From positions 630-64,629 of the forward strand of contig JAOZPU010000001.1 of the NCBI GenBank assembly GCA_029932585.1: a stretch of 64,000 bases of DNA, read 5' to 3'. Shown piece by piece: positions 9,123-19,120 of this stretch. The notes beneath the pieces are model-generated. The model was not told the origin of the DNA. It did no database searches and was given only the letters and a program-made list of their open reading frames with translations. This DNA comes from Spirochaetia bacterium (GTDB taxonomy: Bacteria; Spirochaetota; Spirochaetia; B11-G9). Within the stretch, counting starts at the first letter, position 1, and each line of letters starts with the position of its first letter. A program made the translations under genes and the position numbers.

Positions 9123-11062
9123 TGATCTAAATTTGCAAGCCAGGCAGATACATCAGCATCACTTGGCATTCTCCAATCGCCTCTTGGTGAAAGTGCCAGT
9201 GTCCCAACTTTTGGGCCATCAGGAAGAGCTGACCTTTTGAACTGCTGTGAAAAAAATCGTTTGTAAAAAACTTTTAACCACTTCAAAATAGTTTCAGATT
9301 CATACCTGTTTTCAAAGGCTATTTTAGCAAGAAAAAATACTTTTTCAGGCTTATAAGCACAACGTACAGCATTAAAAAGAAAGAAATCATGGAGTGTATA
9401 GGGCCCAATTGTATCTTCAGTAATTTGTGATATTTCTCCATTGTCATCTGGTGGTAATAATTCAGGAGAAATGGGGGTATCAATTATATCATAAAGAATC
9501 TTTTTTATCCCTTCATTGGCAATTGTATTTGCATAATATTTAATTAGGAATTTAACTAAAGTTTTAGGAACACCGCTATTTACAGAATACATTGACATAT
9601 GGTCGCCATTATAAGTGCACCAACCAAGAGCAAGCTCTGACAAATCACCAGTTCCAATGACAAGTGCATTTAATTGATTTGCTTTATCCATTAGAATTTG
9701 AGTTCTTTCCCTGGCCTGAGTATTTTCGTAAGTGGTATCATGAATGGAGCTATTATGTCCAATATCCTTAAAATGGAGTAGAGAAGCTTCTCTTATATTT
9801 ATTTCATCTAAAGATAAATTCAATTCTCCTGCAAGTTGTACAACATTATTTTTAGTTCTTTCTGTTGTGCCAAAACCAGGCATAGTAATACAGTAAATAT
9901 CTTTAAAATCAAGTTCAAGCTGCTTATAAGCTTCCAATATTACTAACAAAGCTAAAGTGGAATCAAGTCCTCCTGAAAGGCCTATTACAGTTTTGAATAT
10001 TTTAGTGTTACTCATGCGAGTAGCCAAACCGGTACTTTGAATTTTTATAATTTCACTTGAACGATCATTCAGGTCATTTAAAGAGTGTGGTACAAAAGGA
10101 TGAGGATTAACTACTCTTGTCAATCTAGAATCTGATTCTTTTTCAGAATTATAAAATATTTTTCTGTATATCTGTAAATCTGATTTATTAATAACAGATT
10201 GACTGTAAGTTGTATTGTTTAGTCTTTCATGTTGAATATATTCCAGATCTATATCATTAAAAATAATATTGGAATCTCTTGTAAATCTTTCACTTTCAAC
10301 AAGTAATTTACCATTTTCAGCTATTATAGAATGACCTCCACAGACAGTATCTGTTGTGGATTCCCCTACTCCAGCTGAGCAATATACATATCCACCTATT
10401 ATAGCTGAAGACTGCTGCTTTACAAGATTTCTACGATAATCAACTTTCCCGAGAATATCTGTACTTGCGGATAAATTTAAAATAATGGAAGCTCCTGAAA
10501 GAGCAAGAGAGGAACTAGGTGGAATTACAGCCCAAAGGTCTTCACATATTTCAATACCAAAAGATTCAAGATTATTATTTCTACTAAAAAAAATTAAATC
10601 TGTTCCAAAAGGTATTTGTTCTTTTCCTATATAAACATCTTTAATATTAGTTTTAAGTCCTGAACTAAACCATCGTCCTTCATAATATTCATTATTATTA
10701 GGTATAAAAGATTTAGGAATAATTCCTAAAATATGTCCATGTGAAATTACTGCACCACAATTAAATAATTGACCAGTAACAGCAAAAGGAAAACCTATAA
10801 TATGTATGCCATAGAGATTGGAAGATTCTTCTGTTATTTTTGATATTGATTCAAGAGCTGCATCAAGAAGAGTCTTCTGTCTAAAAAGATCACCGCAATT
10901 ATAGGACGTTACAGATAATTCTGGATAAACAGATATGTCACATTTTTTATTTGAAGATTCTTTCATAAGTGAAATAATATTTTTGGTATTATCGTTAATA
11001 TTAACCGGTTTGGTTAACGGACGTACAGCTGCAACTCTTATATAACCAAATGTTTTTATCAT
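9119..11062 (-). CDS. nadE: Glutamine-dependent NAD+ synthetase (N-terminal CN-hydrolase domain plus NAD synthetase domain).
   Basis: The ORF extends to 11122, but the likely start is MIKTFGYIRVAAV, 1 nt from the guaA stop. The C-terminal half has the PP-loop GLSGGLDST. Confidence 0.9.
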   Translation of the reverse strand: MIKTFGYIRVAAVRPLTKPVNINDNTKNIISLMKESSNKKCDISVYPELSVTSYNCGDLFRQKTLLDAALESISKITEESSNLYGIHIIGFPFAVTGQLFNCGAVISHGHILGIIPKSFIPNNNEYYEGRWFSSGLKTNIKDVYIGKEQIPFGTDLIFFSRNNNLESFGIEICEDLWAVIPPSSSLALSGASIILNLSASTDILGKVDYRRNLVKQQSSAIIGGYVYCSAGVGESTTDTVCGGHSIIAENGKLLVESERFTRDSNIIFNDIDLEYIQHERLNNTTYSQSVINKSDLQIYRKIFYNSEKESDSRLTRVVNPHPFVPHSLNDLNDRSSEIIKIQSTGLATRMSNTKIFKTVIGLSGGLDSTLALLVILEAYKQLELDFKDIYCITMPGFGTTERTKNNVVQLAGELNLSLDEINIREASLLHFKDIGHNSSIHDTTYENTQARERTQILMDKANQLNALVIGTGDLSELALGWCTYNGDHMSMYSVNSGVPKTLVKFLIKYYANTIANEGIKKILYDIIDTPISPELLPPDDNGEISQITEDTIGPYTLHDFFLFNAVRCAYKPEKVFFLAKIAFENRYESETILKWLKVFYKRFFSQQFKRSALPDGPKVGTLALSPRGDWRMPSDADVSAWLANLDH

Positions 11063-11063
11063 A

Positions 11064-12611
11064 CTACTCCCATTCAATTGTAGCAGGTGGTTTACTCGAA
11101 ATATCATACACAACTCTACCAATTTCCGGAATTTTATTTGTTAAAAGAGAAGATATTTCTAAAAGATCAATTGATTCAAATGGAAATACATCGGCTGTCA
11201 TTCCGTCAACACTTTTTATAGCTCTTAAAGCAAGAACATAACCATATTCACGGGCATCACCTGTTACACCAACCGATTTTATTGGAAGAAGCACACAAAA
11301 AGCCTGCCATATTTTATGGTAGAGATTACGTTCTTTTAATTCATTTATATACAAAAAATCTGCGTCCTGAAGAATTCTTACTTTTTCTACTGTAATATCT
11401 CCAATAATTCTAACTGCAAGCCCTGGTCCAGGGAAAGGGTGTCTTTCTATTATTCTTTTATCTATTCCCAAACTTAATCCCAGTTTTCTTACTTCGTCTT
11501 TAAATAATTTATCCAGAGGTTCAATTATTAAACCATCATTTCGCTTTTTTTCAACTAAAGGAGACCGTACATTATGATGAGATTTTATTATTTTTGCATT
11601 TTCCCCAACACCTTTTCCTGATTCAATAAGATCAGTATAAAGTGTACCCTGAGCAAGAAAATAATTTTCTGAAATAGAAACAGGTAATTCCTTTTCTTGA
11701 ATCTTTATAAAAAGATCACCAATTATTTCTCTTTTTTGCTCTGGGTCTGATATTCCATTTAAAGAATGTAAAAATAACTCAGCTGCATCAACAATTTTAA
11801 TATTTTGAGCACCTAGGCTTTTTAAATATATCTCAATTTCAAGAGTTTCATTTTTTCTCATTAACCCGGTATCAATATACATAAGAAATATATTTTCTTT
11901 TGGTAGAGATTTCAAAAGGATTCCAGCTACAACAGAAGAATCTACTCCACCGGAAATTAAGAGAAGGACCTTATTATTTTTAATTTTTTCCTTTAATATC
12001 GTTGATATTTGATCACTGAATTGCTTCATAGTCCAATTTTTATCTATTTTACAAATTTTAAAAATAAAATTACTTAATATCTCTTTTCCATAATCACAAT
12101 GGCTAACTTCAGGATGAAATTGAAGACCATATAAATTTAATTTTTTATTATATCCCGCTGCCGGATGATTTGCAGATTCAGCTATCAGTTCAAAACCATC
12201 TCCTAAAATTTCCAAACTGTCTCCATGGCTCATCCATGATGTAAAACCGGAGGGTACTCCATTAAACAGGTCTGTATCTTGTAATATGGATACAGAAGCT
12301 TTTCCATATTCTTTTGTAATAGAAGAATTTACTTTGCCATTATTCATTACAGTCATTTGCTGAAAACCATAACAAATTCCTAATACTGGCAATCCTGTCA
12401 AATATATACCAGCATCAGGTTTTGGAGCCCCTTTTTCATAAACAGAAAAAGGAGATCCAGACATAATAATACCTTTTGTATCCAATAAAAAATCATCATT
12501 AATTATGCTATTACCTGGATAAATTTCACAAAATACCCCCAATTCCCTAATTCGCCTTGCAATTAACTGAGTTGTCTGGGAACCAAAATCTAAAATTATT
12601 ATTTTGTCCAA
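11064..12611 (-). CDS. guaA: GMP synthase (glutamine-hydrolysing).
   Basis: 515 aa with an N-terminal class-I GATase (GICYGFQ, catalytic Cys), the ATP-PPase motif SGGVDSSV and the C-terminal end ...IEWE. Confidence 0.95.
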   Translation of the reverse strand: MDKIIILDFGSQTTQLIARRIRELGVFCEIYPGNSIINDDFLLDTKGIIMSGSPFSVYEKGAPKPDAGIYLTGLPVLGICYGFQQMTVMNNGKVNSSITKEYGKASVSILQDTDLFNGVPSGFTSWMSHGDSLEILGDGFELIAESANHPAAGYNKKLNLYGLQFHPEVSHCDYGKEILSNFIFKICKIDKNWTMKQFSDQISTILKEKIKNNKVLLLISGGVDSSVVAGILLKSLPKENIFLMYIDTGLMRKNETLEIEIYLKSLGAQNIKIVDAAELFLHSLNGISDPEQKREIIGDLFIKIQEKELPVSISENYFLAQGTLYTDLIESGKGVGENAKIIKSHHNVRSPLVEKKRNDGLIIEPLDKLFKDEVRKLGLSLGIDKRIIERHPFPGPGLAVRIIGDITVEKVRILQDADFLYINELKERNLYHKIWQAFCVLLPIKSVGVTGDAREYGYVLALRAIKSVDGMTADVFPFESIDLLEISSLLTNKIPEIGRVVYDISSKPPATIEWE

Positions 12612-13825
12612 AGGCCTGTTCTCATCATTGTTTGTTCCCTTTTATACCCTACAGAAATAATTCCAATAGACGTATTTGTATAATCTTCAATAAATTTTAT
12701 ATATTCCCGGGCATTCAGAGGTAAATCATCATAATTTTTTACTTCTGAAATATTTTCTTTCCAACCTTTAAAGCTCTTCAAAATTGGTGTCGCTTTTGCA
12801 AGCATATCTCTGGAAGATGGGAAATTTATGATTTCTTTACCATCTACTTCATAAGCTACACATACTTTTATTTCATCAATTTCATCGTATACATCAATAT
12901 GAGTTAATACTAAATGATCTATAGAATTTGTTCTGCACGCATATTTTAAAGCTACAAGATCCAGGTATCCACATCTTCTTGGTCTCCCTGTAGTAACACC
13001 ATACTCTCTACCAAGATCACGGATATACTCTTCAAGTTCACCATCTCTCTCTTTTAAAAATTCACTGGGAAAAGGTCCGTTACCCACTCTTGTAGAATAG
13101 GCTTTAAAAACACCAAAAACCGTGTCAATTGAACCAGGACCAACACCTCCTCCGAGAGAGGCTCCTGCTGCAGCTGCATATCCAGAGGATACAAATGGAT
13201 ACGTTCCTATATCAAGATCAAGCAGAATCCCCTGAGCACCTTCAAAAAGAACTTTTTTGTTACTGTAATTATCCATAAAAGAAGCTAAATCGATCATCAT
13301 ACCTTTCATACGATCAATAAATGGAGACAAAAAATCCATCTCTTCTTTAGTTAGATATTTTAAAAAATTGGAATCTCCAAGATCACAAACTCTTATACCT
13401 TCTCTTTGAGCTTTTTGAGAATAAGTAACTCCTATACCTCGACCTGTTGTACCAATGGGAAATCTTCTCTCTTTTTCAAGATCAATATCAATTTGTTTAT
13501 AAGAAGGCATTACAATATGAGCTCTATCGGAAATAAAAACTCTACCCTCCCAGGATATACCCTGGTCTGTTATAGTCTTAAGTTCTTTAAATAATGAATC
13601 AGGATCAATTACCATTCCTGAACCTAAAACAACCTTTGTCTTTGGATATACAATTCCTGAAGGGATAAGATGCAATTTATATGTAATTCCATCTGTAACT
13701 ATTGTATGTCCTGCATTTGCACCACCGGAAAAACGAACAACAAGATCAGCTTCTTCTGATAGATAATCTACTATTTTCCCCTTACCTTCATCTCCCCATT
13801 GAGCGCCTATTACTACTGAATGCAT
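12599..13825 (-). CDS. purA: Adenylosuccinate synthetase.
   Basis: 408 aa starting MHSVVIGAQWGDEGKGKIVD (the GDEGKGK P-loop). Confidence 0.95.
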   Translation of the reverse strand: MHSVVIGAQWGDEGKGKIVDYLSEEADLVVRFSGGANAGHTIVTDGITYKLHLIPSGIVYPKTKVVLGSGMVIDPDSLFKELKTITDQGISWEGRVFISDRAHIVMPSYKQIDIDLEKERRFPIGTTGRGIGVTYSQKAQREGIRVCDLGDSNFLKYLTKEEMDFLSPFIDRMKGMMIDLASFMDNYSNKKVLFEGAQGILLDLDIGTYPFVSSGYAAAAGASLGGGVGPGSIDTVFGVFKAYSTRVGNGPFPSEFLKERDGELEEYIRDLGREYGVTTGRPRRCGYLDLVALKYACRTNSIDHLVLTHIDVYDEIDEIKVCVAYEVDGKEIINFPSSRDMLAKATPILKSFKGWKENISEVKNYDDLPLNAREYIKFIEDYTNTSIGIISVGYKREQTMMRTGLWTK

Positions 13826-13840
13826 CTTTAACTCCTTTGG

Positions 13841-15823
13841 TTGCTTCCAAATAATCTAAATCTATGTAATATTATAATTTCAGATTTGATCAATCTTGTC
13901 AAAGCTAGAAGTTTTCTTATTGAAGAAAAAAAGAAAAAAGGTTTAAATGTTCAAGTGATAAATAAAAAAATTAAATATAAATTTGAAAAAGCAATTAATT
14001 TTGGTAAATTAAGAAATTATGAAAAAGCAGCAGAGCTTTTTAATAGTATAATTAAAGAAACAGATGAGATTCCTGAAGCATATCTATATTTAGGCAGGAG
14101 TTATCATAGTTTAAATCGATTGAATGAGGCCGTCCCATTACTCAGGCATTACTTAACACTGGTTCCTAACTCTTCAATGGGTAATTTTTTTCTTGGAAGA
14201 TCTTTACTCTCCCTGGGTTTTGCTAAAAATTCAATTCCATATCTAAAAAAATCTGTAGAAGCTCACCCTGAATCTCTTCATGCAAATGGATTCCTTGGAG
14301 TTGCATATCTTAACGCAGGCCGTTCAGATGTGGCAATCAACTATTTGAGCACAGCCGCAGAATCCAGTACTGAGGGAACCGGGATATATAAAATATATTT
14401 AGGAACATTATTTTTAAGAGCTGTAAGTAATTTTAAAACCGGTAATATTGAATTAGCTTCTCAAATGTTTATTTTTTTAATTGATAATGATTTTAACAAT
14501 ATACTACCGTTTATCTATATGGGAATGATAGAAAGACAAAATCAAAATTACAAACAAGCCCTTTCATACTATGATCAGGCTCTAATATTTTCTCCTAATG
14601 ATAAATTACTCTTGTACAGAAGAGCTGTGCTCCTCTATAAAGTAGGTAATTCTCAAGGTGCAGTCGAAGAATTAAAAAAATTGGATATAGAACCTGAAAT
14701 AGATGAAAATATTTATCTGGCATATCAGTTTTTTAATACGAAAAAGTTTAATAAAGCATTGTACTATGGAAATATGGCGCTTCATAGTGATAATGAAAGT
14801 ATAGAATTACATCTGTTATTAGGTGAAGTAAATAGAGAATTAAATAAACTTGATCTTGCTGAAAATCATTATAGAAAAGCAATAAAACTTGATAGAACAA
14901 GACTTGAAGGAAGATATGGTTTATCACTACTTCTTTGGATGAAACATGATTATAAAGCAATGATAACTGAACTTAAAAAAATTAATGTTAGTGACCCTGA
15001 AAACAAAATAAGTTCTTATTATTCATCACTTTGTATGTGTAAACTTAATTATGAAACAGATACAACAATACCCTACATTCAGAATGAAATAAGAAATACT
15101 GAACCTGATTGTTATCTTTTTACAGCTTTGGGAGAAGAATATATTAAAGCTGATCTTAAACATCTTTCTGAAAAATGGTTTTTAAAGGCAATAACTGTAA
15201 ATAATGAGTTTAAAGACGCTCATATTAGTCTAATTAATTATTATAAAAGTATAGAAGATAATGAAAAACTTTTGGATTCCTACAAAAATTATTTAAATAT
15301 TTCTAATAATTTAGATATAAGTCTCGAATATATACATTTATTATATAAAAATAAATTTTATTTAGATACAATTAAGCAAATAAATAAAGTCTTACCCTCT
15401 ATCTCAACAAATATTAAACTTTTAAGATTACTTGGAAACTCTTATCGTTTTACAAAAAATTGGGATAATGCAATAATTAATTATCAACAAATATTGGCAA
15501 ATTCCCCCAATAATGAGGCTATATTACAATCTCTTGTTTATTGTCTGGATCATGCCGGAAGAAAGAAATCCGCTATTGAATTACTTGATAAAGCATTTGA
15601 TTATTTAAACTCTCCGTCACTAAATTTACAACTTATAAGAGGTGTTATGTATTACAAAAATAAACAATATGATAATGCTTTGAAAATTTTTAGAGAAACT
15701 TTGAATAAACGACCAAAGGATTGGCGAATTTATCACAATATAGGGATGATTTATAAAGCTAAGGGTATTGATGATTTTGCTGAACAGTTTTTTTCGAGAG
15801 CAAAAGAACACAAAAAAAAATAA
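13841..15823 (+). CDS. TPR-repeat protein; start codon uncertain.
   Basis: 660 aa with many 34-aa TPR-like repeats. The annotated ATG lies only 15 nt from the divergent purA start, so the real start may be internal, for example an in-frame GTG near 13955. Confidence 0.55.
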   Translation: MLPNNLNLCNIIISDLINLVKARSFLIEEKKKKGLNVQVINKKIKYKFEKAINFGKLRNYEKAAELFNSIIKETDEIPEAYLYLGRSYHSLNRLNEAVPLLRHYLTLVPNSSMGNFFLGRSLLSLGFAKNSIPYLKKSVEAHPESLHANGFLGVAYLNAGRSDVAINYLSTAAESSTEGTGIYKIYLGTLFLRAVSNFKTGNIELASQMFIFLIDNDFNNILPFIYMGMIERQNQNYKQALSYYDQALIFSPNDKLLLYRRAVLLYKVGNSQGAVEELKKLDIEPEIDENIYLAYQFFNTKKFNKALYYGNMALHSDNESIELHLLLGEVNRELNKLDLAENHYRKAIKLDRTRLEGRYGLSLLLWMKHDYKAMITELKKINVSDPENKISSYYSSLCMCKLNYETDTTIPYIQNEIRNTEPDCYLFTALGEEYIKADLKHLSEKWFLKAITVNNEFKDAHISLINYYKSIEDNEKLLDSYKNYLNISNNLDISLEYIHLLYKNKFYLDTIKQINKVLPSISTNIKLLRLLGNSYRFTKNWDNAIINYQQILANSPNNEAILQSLVYCLDHAGRKKSAIELLDKAFDYLNSPSLNLQLIRGVMYYKNKQYDNALKIFRETLNKRPKDWRIYHNIGMIYKAKGIDDFAEQFFSRAKEHKKK

Positions 15824-15880
15824 TTTTCTTGCTATTTTGTTATCTAATTAACTATAATTCACTAAGAGGAGATATAAAAA

Positions 15881-16426
15881 ATGGCAATAAAAGCATTAGA
15901 TCTTTTTCAGGCATTTAGAGATGGTAAACTACCAAAAAATGAAGGTTATATAGTTTCATCTTTTTTTAGTAATAGAAGTAAATATACAATATATGAAATT
16001 GTTGCTTACAGTGGTGTTAAAAGTATTTATGCAACAGCAGATGGAATAACTTTCCAAACAGATGGAAATAAATTGTATATTCTTGTAGAACCAGGATCAT
16101 TTTTTAAAAAATATGAAGAACCTTATCTAAGAGATAAGAATCATGTTATTCCACAGAGATTTGCTGAACTGGAAATATTTAATTCAAGCAATCAGACAAA
16201 AGTTATGGTGAGTAAAAATCCTTTGGTTACTTACTCTTCATTTACGGTTCTTAATCCCACTGGTGCTAATTTTTCTCTTGTTTTTTACAATCTTCCTGAT
16301 GTTCTTGATACATTGTCTACTTTCTTTATCGAATCTCTTAATAAAGAAGCAGGTGTACCAAAATTTGATGCAAGAAAAGCGACTGCAAAGATAATTGAAT
16401 CTGTCAAAAATTTTGGTCTTTGGTAG
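15881..16426 (+). CDS. Hypothetical protein (181 aa).
   Basis: The ORF is preceded by AGGAGA. I recognise no motifs. The downstream terminator supports it as a real transcription-unit end. Confidence 0.5.
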   Translation: MAIKALDLFQAFRDGKLPKNEGYIVSSFFSNRSKYTIYEIVAYSGVKSIYATADGITFQTDGNKLYILVEPGSFFKKYEEPYLRDKNHVIPQRFAELEIFNSSNQTKVMVSKNPLVTYSSFTVLNPTGANFSLVFYNLPDVLDTLSTFFIESLNKEAGVPKFDARKATAKIIESVKNFGLW

Positions 16427-16434
16427 GAATAATC

Positions 16435-16480
16435 CGTAGGGGCAAAAAAACTTTTACCCCTACGACGTAATTTTAATTAT
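16435..16480. terminator. Rho-independent terminator: perfect 8-bp stem CGTAGGGG/CCCCTACG followed by a T-rich tract.
   Basis: Read from the sequence; it sits between convergent genes. Confidence 0.6.
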
Positions 16481-19106
16481 TTTTTATTGTTTCCTGTGCT
16501 ACTGCCAGGAGAGCTATGGGAACAGAGAAGACACTGCATGATACATAGTCCAGTCCTGCATCCATACAAAATTTAATATTCTCTGGAACAGCTCCATGTT
16601 CACCACATAAACCCTTTGTAAGTCCTGGTCTTGTCATACTGCCTCTTCTAACGGCTGTTTTTACAAGCTCTTTAACGTGCTTATTAAGTTTAATAAAGGG
16701 ATTACCATCAATTATATCAAATAAGGTATAGTCAGGCATAAATGATGTGTAGTCATCTCTAGAAAGCCCAATGGTAGTCTGTGTGAGATCGTTAGTTCCG
16801 AATGAGAAAAAATCAGCATATTTAGCGATTTCTCCTGCCGCAAGTGCAGCTACAGGAAGTTCAATCATAGTACCAAATCGATAAGGTATAGCTGGAGCTT
16901 TAAGTTTCTTTCTAAGATCAAGTTCAATCTGTTTTAACCCTTTATAAGTCTGACCCTCAATTTTTTTACCATAAATAATAAGTTTTAATTCATCTTCATT
17001 CATGATTAAAGGAATCATAATTTCAGGTCGTACCTTAACACCTTCGCTTTTCAGCTTATAAATTGATTCAAAAATAGCTTCCATTTGCATTTCATATATT
17101 TCGGGATAGGAAACAGCAATTCTACAACCTCTATGTCCAAGCATAGGATTAAACTCTCTCAAATTATCCATATTCTCAGTTATTTCTTTTACAGTGACAT
17201 TTTTGGCATCTTTTTCATTTTTCATAAAATTTATAAAAAGCTGCATTTCATCTTTATTGTGAGGTAAGAACTCATGTAAGGGAGCATCAAGTAATCTTAT
17301 AGTAACTTCTTTTCCATCCATTGCTTTAAATATTTGATAAAAATCATCTTTTTGCATAGATTTAAGTTTTTTTAGAGCTTTGGTTCTTTCCTGAAATGTT
17401 TCAGAAATAATCATACGTCTAAAAACATTTATTCTTTTTGAATCGAAAAACATATGCTCGGTTCTGCATAAACCTATACCATCAGCTCCAAACTTAACAG
17501 CCAGATTAGCGTCATTTGCTTTATCAGCATTAACCCGAACATGAAAATTTCCTAAGCTGGATTTTATTATTTTAACAAATTCCAAAAGACCTGATTTTTC
17601 AGGATCTGGTTCTATTAGTTCTGCTTCACCAAAATAGATAGTAGGATCGCCATAATGAGGCACATTAAGTGTAATGATATCACCTTCTTTTACTATCTTT
17701 CCATTTATAGTTGCTTTATTACCTGTAACTTTTAAACTGTCTGAAACAAGAGATATTTTCCCATATTGTCTTGCAACTACAGAAGCATGAGCTGCATAAC
17801 CACCTTCTGCAGAAAGAACGCCTGTTGCTACTTCTATAGCCTTTACATCTTCTGCAAAAGTCGAATTCATACATAATATAAGCCTAGTGTCCAAACCCTT
17901 CTGCTGAGCAACCTTAAATGCATCAATAAGCTTATTTGTAGTAAAATAAACTCTTCCTATAGCAGCACCGGGAGCACCTGCTACCCCCCCTGAAACACTT
18001 TTAAAACCCTTAACTGAACTAGGTTTTATAATAGGATGGAGAATTTCGTTTAATTGTTCCGGTTTAACGGCATTAATAAGATATTCTTTCGTAATAACTT
18101 TTCGTTTGAAAAGATCCAGAAGAGTCTTTATATCAGATTGTGTTGATTTAGACATAAGAGGTCTTTGATCAATTAACCATACTCTTCCATCTTCTATGGT
18201 AAATCGTATGGATCTTATTTCTTTATAATGGTCTTCTACAGTCCTGGCTACTTTTACTAAATCTTTTAAAAAATTAGATCCAATTTTTTGTATATCTTTT
18301 CCCTTAGTTTCTATAGAATTAAACTTATTTTGTTCAAACCAGCCTGATAACTTATCATCTCCTGTAACAACATCCCTTGTAAAGAACTGTCCACTGGCAG
18401 AATCTTTGCCATAATTCCCATAAACCATAGGCTGAACTATTAAAGCCGCATCATCATCATCCAGTTCATCAAGAGACAACATAAAACTAATTCTTTTTAA
18501 TACAATTTCAAGCTGTTTGTATACATCAGAGTAAAAATCATCAGGAAGCAGTTTTTTATAATCAGCTATTATTTTTTTTATTTTCTCAGCTTTAATATTA
18601 CTATTAATATACTTAGTAATATCATAAATCTTTTTTGTCAGATTTTTAGAATCGCTATTTCTATTTTGCAGATCAGCAATTTTCTGTTCAATCTGAAGAT
18701 ACCCCTTAATCTGAAAAAGAATTTCATGATACCCAAAGTCTTCACCTACAAAATCTGTAAACCCACCTATTGTGTTATCAGTCAAACCAAAATTATGCAA
18801 TGCAGGATAATTAACAATGGCTAAATTGGGACTTATTACAATTTTGAGAAGTAATGGATTAGTAGTATCACCAAATACCTTTCCTGTTATTTTCTCACAT
18901 TTATTTATAAAAGATTTTATATTAGTGGAAATATTCTCACTTTCAAGATGAGCTGCAATCTTTGAATCCAAAATAAAACCAGGCAGTATGGGTAGATCCA
19001 GAGCTGCAAAGTCCATAGCTTCTTTCCCTCTTATTCCTAGTTTATCTAAAAGTTGTTGATTTTTTATATGACTGTTTCTGCTAAAAAAATGTATATTTTT
19101 TTTCAT
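16473..19106 (-). CDS. ppdK: Pyruvate, phosphate dikinase.
   Basis: 877 aa with N-terminal ATP-grasp, a central phospho-His domain and a C-terminal PEP-utilising TIM barrel with GGRTSHAA-like and CGE motifs (GLCGEHG). Confidence 0.95.
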   Translation of the reverse strand: MKKNIHFFSRNSHIKNQQLLDKLGIRGKEAMDFAALDLPILPGFILDSKIAAHLESENISTNIKSFINKCEKITGKVFGDTTNPLLLKIVISPNLAIVNYPALHNFGLTDNTIGGFTDFVGEDFGYHEILFQIKGYLQIEQKIADLQNRNSDSKNLTKKIYDITKYINSNIKAEKIKKIIADYKKLLPDDFYSDVYKQLEIVLKRISFMLSLDELDDDDAALIVQPMVYGNYGKDSASGQFFTRDVVTGDDKLSGWFEQNKFNSIETKGKDIQKIGSNFLKDLVKVARTVEDHYKEIRSIRFTIEDGRVWLIDQRPLMSKSTQSDIKTLLDLFKRKVITKEYLINAVKPEQLNEILHPIIKPSSVKGFKSVSGGVAGAPGAAIGRVYFTTNKLIDAFKVAQQKGLDTRLILCMNSTFAEDVKAIEVATGVLSAEGGYAAHASVVARQYGKISLVSDSLKVTGNKATINGKIVKEGDIITLNVPHYGDPTIYFGEAELIEPDPEKSGLLEFVKIIKSSLGNFHVRVNADKANDANLAVKFGADGIGLCRTEHMFFDSKRINVFRRMIISETFQERTKALKKLKSMQKDDFYQIFKAMDGKEVTIRLLDAPLHEFLPHNKDEMQLFINFMKNEKDAKNVTVKEITENMDNLREFNPMLGHRGCRIAVSYPEIYEMQMEAIFESIYKLKSEGVKVRPEIMIPLIMNEDELKLIIYGKKIEGQTYKGLKQIELDLRKKLKAPAIPYRFGTMIELPVAALAAGEIAKYADFFSFGTNDLTQTTIGLSRDDYTSFMPDYTLFDIIDGNPFIKLNKHVKELVKTAVRRGSMTRPGLTKGLCGEHGAVPENIKFCMDAGLDYVSCSVFSVPIALLAVAQETIKNN

Positions 19107-19120
19107 ATTATCCTCTATTG

